Shown here piece after piece: positions 18,872 to 27,258 of a DNA stretch of 55,345 nt. The notes beneath the pieces were generated by a model, which worked only from the letters and a program-made list of their open reading frames with translations, searched no databases and was not told the DNA's origin. The position numbers and the translations under genes were made by a program. Positions within the stretch are counted from its first letter, which is position 1; every line of letters begins with the position of its first letter. Origin of the DNA: an uncultured virus (IMG/VR IMGVR_UViG_3300031813_000007) (lineage: Duplodnaviria; Heunggongvirae; Uroviricota; Caudoviricetes); the IMG/VR virus record IMGVR_UViG_3300031813_000007, positions 62,001 to 117,345 of that record; one strand, given 5' to 3'.

Positions 18872-19546
18872 TTATGCCGCTACAGGGGTTTTCTTTGGAC
18901 GGCCACGGCTCTTCTTTACTGGCACATCAATGACTGCTGGCTTCGCGGGGTCAATTGAAGATGCTTCGTTTAAAAGGCGCTGTGCTTCTGCCAATAGCCC
19001 TTGTGCTTCACGGCTCATACGTTCCGCTTGTGCACGTAGATTATTCGCAAGAGCAGAATCACCTAGGGCATCATTGGATGATGCTGCAATAGGCGTTGAA
19101 GGTGGGTCACCGCGCATTCTACGGGCAACTTCGGCAGGGTCTTGCATCCCACGTTGGCTATCAAGTTCTGCCATTCTCTTGACAGCATCTTCACCCAACT
19201 TCATTTCATCAAGAATCTTGTTGAGTTCACTCAACTTGATCTTCACGTTTGGTGCAGGGGTCATTACGATGTTTTCCGTGTTGACCTTCTTGAGCATACC
19301 TTCACTGTGAAGGCGCTGTAGAATGAAATGACCATCCTTAGTATACGAACGATTTAATGCGTCGGCAAGGTTTTCACTGTTCTGACCGATATCGCTTTCA
19401 ATGCACCTTATAAGTGGATCGTGAATATTCTGTCCGAGAATCTCAGTGTAAACTACCAAGCACATATGAGGCTCACCGGGAACTTCACGAAATACTACCG
19501 CTACCTTACGGTCTCCGTGCTTGCCCACATGTCTCAAAAAACTCAT
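18872..19546 (-). CDS. hypothetical protein with C-terminal AT-hook-like KKSRGRPKK
   Basis: Strong AAGGAG SD, coiled coil, basic tail ending PVAA. Confidence 0.7.
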   Translation of the reverse strand: MSFLRHVGKHGDRKVAVVFREVPGEPHMCLVVYTEILGQNIHDPLIRCIESDIGQNSENLADALNRSYTKDGHFILQRLHSEGMLKKVNTENIVMTPAPNVKIKLSELNKILDEMKLGEDAVKRMAELDSQRGMQDPAEVARRMRGDPPSTPIAASSNDALGDSALANNLRAQAERMSREAQGLLAEAQRLLNEASSIDPAKPAVIDVPVKKSRGRPKKTPVAA

Positions 19547-19604
19547 ATTGTGTCTCCTTATTATGACTATTGTATTTAATAAGGATTTTCACATTTGAAT
19601 ATTT

Positions 19605-19928
19605 TTAAGACCACCTCGTTAGAAACCAAGTTTCTAACTCAGGACTCAGAACGTAGTTCAACGTGTAACCATTGTAACTCGCGTTCCCGTGATTCCACAT
19701 ATGAGGAGGCTGAGACTCTATCCAGTCTGAAATATTTCCTGTTTTGATAGTATATACGTTCCAGCCAGTTGGACCATGCGTTCCAGACTTTAACCATGGT
19801 AGAACCAAAGACTCTAGGATTTCCTCGTCAATAGTCTTTTGCAATTCTTGTGCCATAATAACTGCAAGTTCGTCTAATTCTTTCCGAGAAAGCCGCGAAA
19901 GCTGCACGTTAACTCCAAGTAAGCTCAT
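19605..19928 (-). CDS. small hypothetical protein (F-x-L/T-x-W-S tail family)
   Basis: Ends LETWFLTRWS; probable start MSLLGV. Confidence 0.55.
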   Translation of the reverse strand: MSLLGVNVQLSRLSRKELDELAVIMAQELQKTIDEEILESLVLPWLKSGTHGPTGWNVYTIKTGNISDWIESQPPHMWNHGNASYNGYTLNYVLSPELETWFLTRWS

Positions 19929-20160
19929 AAAACAACGCCTCTTTAGGGTCTTCAAATGCAGGGAACTTTTTACCGAACAAATCGCTTGAAACAAGGCCAT
20001 ATCGTCCGATAAGCTTTTCTCTTATCCATTCATCCGATTCTTGGGTTGTAGGCGTCTTAGTTCTAACGAAGTGCGCAGGAACGTGCTTCACCTCTCGTTC
20101 CATAAACCATTGATGTAGGTTTAAGTCATTCACGTTCTTCATTGTCTTTGACCAGTTCAT
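19909..20160 (-). CDS. small hypothetical protein (F-x-L-x-W-S tail family)
   Basis: Ends FEDPKEALFYELTWS. Confidence 0.6.
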   Translation of the reverse strand: MNWSKTMKNVNDLNLHQWFMEREVKHVPAHFVRTKTPTTQESDEWIREKLIGRYGLVSSDLFGKKFPAFEDPKEALFYELTWS

Positions 20161-20416
20161 AAAGCATTTCCAACTTATTCAGTGCATCATTTAGAGTTGG
20201 ATTAGTTTCTGCAAGCCGAATTATACGCATCATTCGCTGAGAACGTATAGCGAGTTCCTGTTGCTTAAGCACTTCCGGGTCTTCCCAATGTAGTTCACGA
20301 GTTAGAGAACCAAAAGATCGCTTGTAAATGGTTTTCCCCCCGTCAGGTGACTCAAATATCACCCGACGAGAGGTATCCACCATCATGATTTCCGGCTTAC
20401 TTCCGGTGGTCATCAT
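20126..20416 (-). CDS. hypothetical protein
   Basis: IFESPDGGKTIYKR...AETNPTLNDAL; start uncertain. Confidence 0.55.
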   Translation of the reverse strand: MMTTGSKPEIMMVDTSRRVIFESPDGGKTIYKRSFGSLTRELHWEDPEVLKQQELAIRSQRMMRIIRLAETNPTLNDALNKLEMLYELVKDNEERE

Positions 20417-21698
20417 AGATTGCCCAAGCACCGAACGGCGGGTTCGGATCAGGATCACCGTGAATGATCCACGTGGTGTCACAGTAATCTGCATCACCCC
20501 ACGAACCAAACGGATAACCGTCAGTGAAAACGATCAGCCGTTCGGGCACGATTGCTTCTTCCTTGAGAAATTTGAAAATGCAATCAAAGTCAGTGCCACC
20601 ACCACCATGGATTTGATATTCATCAACAGTGTCAAGGTTCTCAGAAGTGAACTCCTGCATGTTGTAGACCTGAGTATCAAAGCAAGCAACACGGATACGG
20701 AAACCGTCAAACGCTTCCATCATACCGGCAACTTCCGAGAGGAATGCCTGACCCTGCTTCATGGAAATGGAACCCGACATGTCAATCATGACAACAACGT
20801 CGATTTCTTCACCGGGGTTCATACCGGGCATGACAGCATCCATGTGCCAGCCGCGACGAGAAGGACGCATCCAGCTATAATCCGACTTGATAGCAGAGGT
20901 CAGATTGGTCTGGATCAGTTCGCGCCAAGGCATGACCGGATCAGTAAGCTGCTTGATCATGCGTTCAACGCCCTTCGGAATCGAACCAGCTTCGGCAGTA
21001 GACGCAGCGTTCAGGATAGCCTGCTTCACTTCCTGACGAATCTGTTCCTTTTCAGCCTCAGACAGTTGAGGACGGCCCTTGCCCCTACGACCTTCGCCAT
21101 CCTTGCCATCTTCGCCTTCGCCTTCGCTATCACCATCACCGTCGATGTGATCGTCCAGCATCTTGTCCAGAAGGTCTTGAACGTTGATGTACTGGACATT
21201 CTTCATGAGGTCATCATAGATAGCCTCAGCAGCCCAGTTTTCATACTTGGCATCGTACAAGCAAGGAACAGTGGTGATGAACTCACCAACCTTGTGACGC
21301 TTCAAGTCAGCATTCACAGCATAGTCATCAGCAATGTTCCAGATTTCAGGATCGCGATTGTCACGACGACCGAGGTGATCGTAGACAACATGCAGAACTT
21401 CGTGACCGACGAGGAATTCAACTTCCTTCGTCTTGAGCATGTTGATGAAGCGCGAGTTGTAATAGAAACGCTGACCATCAGTAGCAGCAGTAGTCAGCCA
21501 TTCGTCAGCGTTGACAAGCGTGAGACGAGTAGCAAGATTGCCGAAAAACGAATGACGAAGCAAAAGACCGATACGAGCAGTAACCAGACGCTCACGGGCA
21601 ATATGATCAACCTTCGGATCGGTGGGTCCAACAAGGTTTTCAAACTTCTTGCTGCGCGAACGCTTGGACTTCTTGGGGGCAGTGGTATTGGTAGTCAT
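20397..21698 (-). CDS. metallopeptidase-like (HExxH) plus VWA domain protein (DUF2201-type)
   Basis: TAATDG, HEVLH, WNIADDYAVN; VWA MIDAS DMSGS, GGGGTDF, FTDG. Confidence 0.88.
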   Translation of the reverse strand: MTTNTTAPKKSKRSRSKKFENLVGPTDPKVDHIARERLVTARIGLLLRHSFFGNLATRLTLVNADEWLTTAATDGQRFYYNSRFINMLKTKEVEFLVGHEVLHVVYDHLGRRDNRDPEIWNIADDYAVNADLKRHKVGEFITTVPCLYDAKYENWAAEAIYDDLMKNVQYINVQDLLDKMLDDHIDGDGDSEGEGEDGKDGEGRRGKGRPQLSEAEKEQIRQEVKQAILNAASTAEAGSIPKGVERMIKQLTDPVMPWRELIQTNLTSAIKSDYSWMRPSRRGWHMDAVMPGMNPGEEIDVVVMIDMSGSISMKQGQAFLSEVAGMMEAFDGFRIRVACFDTQVYNMQEFTSENLDTVDEYQIHGGGGTDFDCIFKFLKEEAIVPERLIVFTDGYPFGSWGDADYCDTTWIIHGDPDPNPPFGAWAIYDDHRK

Positions 21699-21773
21699 TG
21701 TGGTTACCTTTCGTTGTTGATGAAGTGACATTACGCTATACACGGAGCGATGTCAACTCAAAAAATGATTTTT

Positions 21774-21872
21774 CTATTGCCCATATAACAAACTTCGCCA
21801 GAGCAGCACCAGTGCTACTCCAGCGATGAGTATGGCAAGAAATGTTAAAATAGATAGTAGCATATTTGCCAT
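21774..21872 (-). CDS. 32-aa single-pass membrane peptide (not in ORF track)
   Basis: MANMLLSILTFLAILIAGVALVLLWRSLLYGQ. Confidence 0.4.
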   Translation of the reverse strand: MANMLLSILTFLAILIAGVALVLLWRSLLYGQ

Positions 21873-21882
21873 TCCAAAAAAG

Positions 21883-21908
21883 TGGGGAGGGTGTCTCTAC
21901 CCTCCCCA
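21883..21908 (-). terminator. intrinsic terminator after MoxR gene
   Basis: TGGGGAGGGT/ACCCTCCCCA stem followed by a T6 run on minus strand. Confidence 0.75.
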
Positions 21909-21921
21909 TGGAGCCGCTGGA

Positions 21922-23019
21922 TTAGTTACCAGCTTCCACGATGTACTTGCCGTACTTCTTGTGGAACTCGTCAAAGTTGCTCAACTGAGAAGGCTCAATC
22001 GGCAGCTTGTAGGTCTTGAGGGCAATCTTGGCACCCATCACGACCAACTCCGTTTCAAAGTTCTTCATGATGTACTCAAAGAAGTTGTCAGCCATTTCGT
22101 GGAACTTCTTGTTGTCAGCCGTCTTGTTCTGGAGGGCATCACGCAGTTCATAGCACATGGAAATGGTCAGCGAGTACATGGCCGAGATTTCCTTGACCTG
22201 CAGGTCCTTCACCTTGCCCGAGAGAATGTCGGCAGGGTTCGGCATACGACCAGCAACCTTGCGGTGAGCCATGAACTTGGTGGCGAGACCATCACCAATG
22301 GAACCAGCGACCAGGTTGAACAGCGTATCATTGTCAACGTCTTCATCGTTGAGCAGATCGCTGACAAAGCACCACGAACGCGGAGTAGCGAACGCACGGC
22401 TGGACGACTTGGCTTCAAAGTCATAACCATCCTGCTTGGAGAACGAGAGATAACCAACAACGTCCTTGTGGATACCCTTGTTCACGGCCCACTGCTGCCA
22501 AGCATTGAAGTCATAGCGCATTTCAATGTGAACGAAACGGTTGGCCAGCGGCATCGGCATACGATAGGTGACACCCTTGTCGCTGTCACGGTTACCGGCA
22601 GCAACGATCACCACGTTGTCAGGCAGCTTGTACTTGCCGATGCGACGGTTCAGGATCAACTGATAACCAGCAGCCTGCACGGCAGGCGGAGCCGAGTTCA
22701 TTTCGTCAAGGAACAGAACGACGATGGGATAGTTCTTGCAGACTTCTTCGCTCGGAAGGTCAACAGGTTCAGCCCAGTCCATCTTGCCGATGTCCTTGTT
22801 GAAGAAGGGGATACCGCGAACGTCAGTCGGTTCCATCTGCGCCATACGCATATCGTACATATAGCCGCCGAGGTCGTCGGTGATTTCCTGCACGACTTCC
22901 GACTTGCCGATGCCCGGAGGACCCCAGAGGAAGACAGGACGCTTTGCCTTGAAAGCAGTGAGGAGGGCCTTGCGGGCCTGAATCGAGGTAACGGTAAGGG
23001 TGTCAGATACTTGAGACAT
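21922..23019 (-). CDS. MoxR-like AAA+ ATPase
   Basis: GPPGIGKS, DVRGIP, LFLDEMN, AAGNR, PLANRF, TPRSW; GGAG SD before ATG 23019. Confidence 0.92.
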   Translation of the reverse strand: MSQVSDTLTVTSIQARKALLTAFKAKRPVFLWGPPGIGKSEVVQEITDDLGGYMYDMRMAQMEPTDVRGIPFFNKDIGKMDWAEPVDLPSEEVCKNYPIVVLFLDEMNSAPPAVQAAGYQLILNRRIGKYKLPDNVVIVAAGNRDSDKGVTYRMPMPLANRFVHIEMRYDFNAWQQWAVNKGIHKDVVGYLSFSKQDGYDFEAKSSSRAFATPRSWCFVSDLLNDEDVDNDTLFNLVAGSIGDGLATKFMAHRKVAGRMPNPADILSGKVKDLQVKEISAMYSLTISMCYELRDALQNKTADNKKFHEMADNFFEYIMKNFETELVVMGAKIALKTYKLPIEPSQLSNFDEFHKKYGKYIVEAGN

Positions 23020-23084
23020 GGTATTAAGCTCCATTAGGTTAAAAGTGATAGAGAGTGTTTTCCTTTGTTGCTCCCTATGAACCC

Positions 23085-23113
23085 CGTATAGCGATGGTTC
23101 CGATTCGAGTCAA
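23085..23113 (-). promoter_or_regulatory. sigma70-type early promoter
   Basis: TTGACT-17 bp-TATACG with GC just before the -10 element. Confidence 0.55.
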
Positions 23114-23141
23114 CAACTATTTTCACATTTTTTGAAGCTTT

Positions 23142-23429
23142 TTATGCCATCAGTTGAGCGATGAGGATAAGCTGATCCAAGTGATTGATTGCATTGATGA
23201 TTTCGTTGAGTTTCTTATCTGAGGCAATGATATGCTGATTGCTGCGAAGATTGCGCGCAGTCCTTGGCACACTACGAGATTTTACCTCAAGTTTGCTGAG
23301 TTCAGTGATCATCCGCTTGATGTTGCCATGCATCTTATACAAGTCTGGATTATACTCCAGCTTGAAAAGCTTTAACAGCCTTTTGTCAAGGTGTGACTGA
23401 GCCGAAATCGCACTATGAATGTTTTCCAT
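23142..23429 (-). CDS. hypothetical protein
   Basis: Helical ORF with TTGACT element upstream. Confidence 0.6.
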   Translation of the reverse strand: MENIHSAISAQSHLDKRLLKLFKLEYNPDLYKMHGNIKRMITELSKLEVKSRSVPRTARNLRSNQHIIASDKKLNEIINAINHLDQLILIAQLMA

Positions 23430-23460
23430 GGTCTACCTTTACGATAGCATCGGGAATAAG

Positions 23461-25524
23461 TCAACGTGTTTCTTTCATCATATTGGGATCGTTTGGAGAA
23501 AAAGAGCCACGATTTCCGACCGCTGATTTAACCTGATTTGGATTAAAAACTACCCAAACTTCACCAGACTTTGCATTGCTATTGTTCGGTATTGATTCAT
23601 TGATAATAGCACCATCAAAGCCAAGCTTCTGTAAGGTTTTTACAAAGTGGTCACCTTCTGGTCCGTCAAACAGTTCCCAGCGTTCAAACTCATCAACATA
23701 ATAATATATTGACCTCAAGTCAATACCATTGTCTTTAAATCCTTGCACGGTTTCTTCGTTATCTAACATATGTGAAAGATTGTTATCTCTTAGATCAATG
23801 GGATTCTGTACTGAAAGATATACAGGCAAGATTCGTCCACCTGGCTTATATTCACCGGGGTAATCTGGTCTTTCAATGAAGAGTTCAGCAAACTTTGGGT
23901 CAACCGCAAAGAATGATCCATGACGATCTACTTCAAATGTCATACCCAGTGCACTTGCAAATCCCGTTCCATGTGTGTTGAATGTATCAAAGTCTTTAGT
24001 AGTTGCATGGTAGAATACTATTGGCTTATGTCCATCCCATGCGTGAGTATGCTGTAACCAGTCATCCATTCTCTTTTGACGATGTTGCTGATCGTATCCT
24101 GGGAAGAGTTCTTGTTGTTCTTCTGCTTCCGATAACATTCTTGACAACTGCTGAATGAAACTTTCAGCTATCTTACCGTTTGGATTAGCTTGGGGAGGGA
24201 TACCTGCTCGTGAAACTTTAGACCCAAGCCTTTTTGCATTGTCTTTAATGGAATCTGGTTTCACATCTACAGTAAGAGCAGTCTTAAAACGAGGATCGTT
24301 CTTTTCTTTTGCAGATGGAATGTAACCTGAGGCTTCATCAATATACGGAAGACGAACATTCTTGTATTGTTCTGGATCATATGGTTTGATTTCTGCTGGT
24401 TTCTTAGGCTTTGGACCTCTCCAACCGCGTTCCCATGCTGCTGCACCCTTTCGTGCTGCTATATTAACGTCCTCACCGCGATACTTTGCTGATCTGACAA
24501 AGTGATCAATCACTTGCTGCTTAGTGGTATAGGCTTCGTCAAGTTCTTCATCCTCAGCAAAGATACCACGCTTGAAGCGTTCCCATTCACCTTTCATTGC
24601 AGCAGCAGCCATTTGCTTTTCATACGCTGCTTTAGCTAACTTAGCCTTGAATGGATCAACGGGCTGTTGCTGACCAATTTCTTCTGGTTTGATATTATAC
24701 TGCTTCATCATTTTATCAATGATTCGCTTTATACTTTCAATCTCAGATGGAGTTCTTCCGGCAGTGTTTTGTAGCTTTTTGATCTTTAGTAGAGCATCAT
24801 CGCGAGTACCTGCTTCTTCAATGCTTAATGCTTGACTATGCAGCTTGTCGCTTAGATCATAAAGTTTATCAATGCCACCTTGTGTTCTAATAGCCTTATA
24901 GGCAAGATTTTCTGGACTGAACTCGCCGCCTTTTGACAGTCCTGCTTTACGGTAGCGTTTGATCAGACCGATAACATCATCTATTCTTTTTACACTTTTG
25001 GTCTTTAGTGCAAGATCAATCAAATCTGACAATTTATTGTATTTTGCTTGGGTTGCATTCTGATCAAAGTTGGCTTTACGTTTAACTGGATGCCTAATCC
25101 ATTTGTTATGAAGAATACTATATTCACCAAGCGATACTACAGGAAGATTAGAATCCTGAACATACACTTCAATCGGAACTCCATGAACTGTGATATCATG
25201 TGAGTCGTTGTATAGGGTTTTCTTTGCGTTGAACAGTTCCTGATAAACTTCATTGTCAGGAAGTTTGGACATGTCTACAATGATGTGAAGATCAAGGTCA
25301 CTGTGTGGAGTATATGAATAGGCAGCGTTTGAACCTGATATTCTCACATCTTCTACGTTGACATCTTTGATGCCAAGCGCCGAAATGAAGTCTTCTGCTA
25401 TATCTAACAGCGCATTTCTAACGTCTGGATCAAGCTTGTTGTTTACCCATAGCTTTGGGTTAAGTTCATCATGAAACTTAACAGCGTCAGATAATTTAAA
25501 TGAATGAAGTTCTTTAATGTCCAT
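23461..25524 (-). CDS. polyvalent protein: nucleotidyltransferase plus C-terminal ADP-ribosyltransferase-like domain
   Basis: ISGSNAAYSYTPHSDLDLH...IEVYVQD (Pol-beta NTase); FYHAT...SFFA...PVYLSVQNP...GFDGAII...EVWVVFNPNQVKSA (ART fold); late motif upstream. Confidence 0.75.
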   Translation of the reverse strand: MDIKELHSFKLSDAVKFHDELNPKLWVNNKLDPDVRNALLDIAEDFISALGIKDVNVEDVRISGSNAAYSYTPHSDLDLHIIVDMSKLPDNEVYQELFNAKKTLYNDSHDITVHGVPIEVYVQDSNLPVVSLGEYSILHNKWIRHPVKRKANFDQNATQAKYNKLSDLIDLALKTKSVKRIDDVIGLIKRYRKAGLSKGGEFSPENLAYKAIRTQGGIDKLYDLSDKLHSQALSIEEAGTRDDALLKIKKLQNTAGRTPSEIESIKRIIDKMMKQYNIKPEEIGQQQPVDPFKAKLAKAAYEKQMAAAAMKGEWERFKRGIFAEDEELDEAYTTKQQVIDHFVRSAKYRGEDVNIAARKGAAAWERGWRGPKPKKPAEIKPYDPEQYKNVRLPYIDEASGYIPSAKEKNDPRFKTALTVDVKPDSIKDNAKRLGSKVSRAGIPPQANPNGKIAESFIQQLSRMLSEAEEQQELFPGYDQQHRQKRMDDWLQHTHAWDGHKPIVFYHATTKDFDTFNTHGTGFASALGMTFEVDRHGSFFAVDPKFAELFIERPDYPGEYKPGGRILPVYLSVQNPIDLRDNNLSHMLDNEETVQGFKDNGIDLRSIYYYVDEFERWELFDGPEGDHFVKTLQKLGFDGAIINESIPNNSNAKSGEVWVVFNPNQVKSAVGNRGSFSPNDPNMMKETR

Positions 25525-25538
25525 ACAAGTATTTATTG

Positions 25539-25931
25539 TTATGGACGAGCGTTTCTCAATCTTGTAGCAACGTTCTTTGATTTTTTAGGATTTGGAGGAT
25601 TACCAAAACCAAGCTCATCATGACCGAATATACCATCTAATACTATGTAAGTTGGATTTCTCCCAGACACTTCATATATAATACTAAAGTTATGCGTTAA
25701 GTGGGCTTTTCTTGCCTTTGGTAAAATAGTATCAAATGGAGTTCCACTTACCATAGGTTTATCGTTAGCCCCATATGACTGAATGGGGTTATCTGCTTTA
25801 GTTTTAAGAAAGTCTTTTAGTTTATCCCGAACAGAAGGATTACTAGCAGCAGCACTTGCTAAACTGCTATTAAACAGATCACCATACCTAAAAATGACTT
25901 CTGATGTTGCAGGCTTATTATTTTTGGACAT
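25539..25931 (-). CDS. RelE/YafQ-like ribonuclease toxin
   Basis: DKPM...RKAHLTHNFSIIYE...LDGIFGHDELG resembles the YafQ RxCH...LIY...GSHSEL pattern. Confidence 0.55.
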   Translation of the reverse strand: MSKNNKPATSEVIFRYGDLFNSSLASAAASNPSVRDKLKDFLKTKADNPIQSYGANDKPMVSGTPFDTILPKARKAHLTHNFSIIYEVSGRNPTYIVLDGIFGHDELGFGNPPNPKKSKNVATRLRNARP

Positions 25932-26106
25932 TTACTACCCTATCAACATGCTCAAGCAACTGGTCAATCGTGGCTTCCTGAAAGGAACCACGGCGACCCT
26001 TGATCACATTCACAAGGTCTTCGGTAAGAATGTCGGTATTGTTTTCGGCATCAATAGCCTCAAAGAGAGCCTGTTCGCTGGGTTGGGTAACTTCGGTGAT
26101 CTTCAT
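25918..26106 (-). CDS. small acidic protein, putative antitoxin
   Basis: 62 aa, upstream of and overlapping the toxin-like gene; SFQEATIDQLL tail; MKITEV N-terminus. Confidence 0.45.
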   Translation of the reverse strand: MKITEVTQPSEQALFEAIDAENNTDILTEDLVNVIKGRRGSFQEATIDQLLEHVDRVVNVQK

Positions 26107-26147
26107 GGTATTATTTATCCTTGAAAAAGATATTTGACGTTGGCCTA

Positions 26148-26669
26148 TTAAATCGTCAGACCCAACATGTCAAGACCTTTTTTATGGAAACATTTGGTAT
26201 TCTCAATCGCTTCTTCTGTACTCAATGCGGCGAAACCCTTAGAATGCATTTCTTCATCCGGTAGAATTTTGGAAAACACCTCACGAATGTCTTCGTCAAT
26301 CTCATTGTCTGCGGCCAATGCACGAATGCGAACAAGACGCATTGCTTCGGCATGATGACCTGCTGCGGTTACTTCTTCAAAAGTCTGGACATTTCCTAGG
26401 ATTTCACTCCAATAACGGTCATGTTCATATGTTGGGGTTGGCAGTTCAATGTTACGAGCGGCGAGAAGTTCTCCTACCCAGTCGCGGTGCTTAGCTTCAT
26501 CAGAAGCAATCTTTTCCAAAAGTACTTTGCCTTTTCCTTCTGTCGTTTTGGCGAGTGATTCAATTCGTTCTGCGGCAAGAGCTTCACCGATATATTGACG
26601 CTGCAACCAGTGATTAAGCTTTTCAGGAGATGCTTTTACCTCGTTGAGCCACTGTTCGGTAGTTTTCAT
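26148..26669 (-). CDS. ferritin-like di-iron protein
   Basis: GEALA, DEAKH, AEAM, DEEMH carboxylate/His pairs; AGGAG SD before ATG 26669. Confidence 0.8.
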   Translation of the reverse strand: MKTTEQWLNEVKASPEKLNHWLQRQYIGEALAAERIESLAKTTEGKGKVLLEKIASDEAKHRDWVGELLAARNIELPTPTYEHDRYWSEILGNVQTFEEVTAAGHHAEAMRLVRIRALAADNEIDEDIREVFSKILPDEEMHSKGFAALSTEEAIENTKCFHKKGLDMLGLTI

Positions 26670-26689
26670 GATTAATCTCCTATGTAAAG

Positions 26690-26994
26690 TGGCCCGTTCT
26701 GTTTCTAGGTGGAGCCGTACCCAGGAAATCATGCCGCTAGGGCAATATCCATAGTTGAGTTATCGTTTGCAGATAATTCTATTTAGTCTATAATGCGACT
26801 AACCAACCAGTCTACTCTCACCTTCAACTCGTAGTCGAATCCTAAATACGCCCCCATCAACTACTCTGAATCGCTGTGTTTCCGCCAGACAGCTTTTCAC
26901 CCTTTATAGCGGCGGGTTATCAGAGTAGATGGTGGAGGCGAGGGGAGTCGCACCCCTGTCCTACGCAGCATTCAGTTTGTATCAACAACTGATA
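26690..26994 (-). ncRNA. ssrA: two-piece (circularly permuted) tmRNA
   Basis: Acceptor piece ending GGACAGGGGTGCGACTCCCCTCGCCTCCACCA (3' end 26930) precedes the coding piece starting GGGGGCGTATTTAGGATTCGAC (26855). 7-bp acceptor stem with G3-U. Tag 26770-26729 reads ANDNSTMDIALAA*. Outer ends approximate. Confidence 0.93.
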
Positions 26995-26999
26995 ACTTA

Positions 27000-27028
27000 C
27001 TTATACACTATTCACAGAAACATGTCAA
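27000..27028 (-). promoter_or_regulatory. sigma70 promoter of tmRNA
   Basis: TTGACA-17 bp-TATAAG. Confidence 0.8.
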
Positions 27029-27249
27029 GAAATAACTTGAACCATGTAGTTTTTAGATTTTTCCTCAAACTCTGCTCGTTTGCGATCCATATCAATCTTG
27101 CGAAGGAGCAAAGGATCGTTGGGCTTGATCACATATCTGTTTTTTTCAAGAACAGCCCGAAGACGTTTTTGATCATCCGTGAAAGTTTCACGGTCGCTGT
27201 TTATTTTTCTAGCCATTAAAGTTGTCCTTTGAACCACAATATTTAACAT
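27025..27249 (-). CDS. hypothetical protein
   Basis: Basic small ORF; probable start MARKINS. Confidence 0.5.
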   Translation of the reverse strand: MLNIVVQRTTLMARKINSDRETFTDDQKRLRAVLEKNRYVIKPNDPLLLRKIDMDRKRAEFEEKSKNYMVQVIS

Positions 27250-27258
27250 TACCCATCG

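Noticed and set aside
20328..23037. Long plus-strand ORFs of 466 and 403 aa
   Set aside because: They are antisense shadows of the VWA and MoxR genes, explained by biased codon usage; no motifs or SD
26930..26962. Stand-alone tRNA or integration att site
   Set aside because: No anticodon arm; the sequence pairs with the downstream GGGGGCG and is explained as the tmRNA acceptor piece; no integrase in the window
26670..27219. N-terminal extension of the ferritin-like ORF and plus-strand ORF 26929-27219
   Set aside because: Both overlap the tmRNA; the ferritin-like gene has a good SD at ATG 26669
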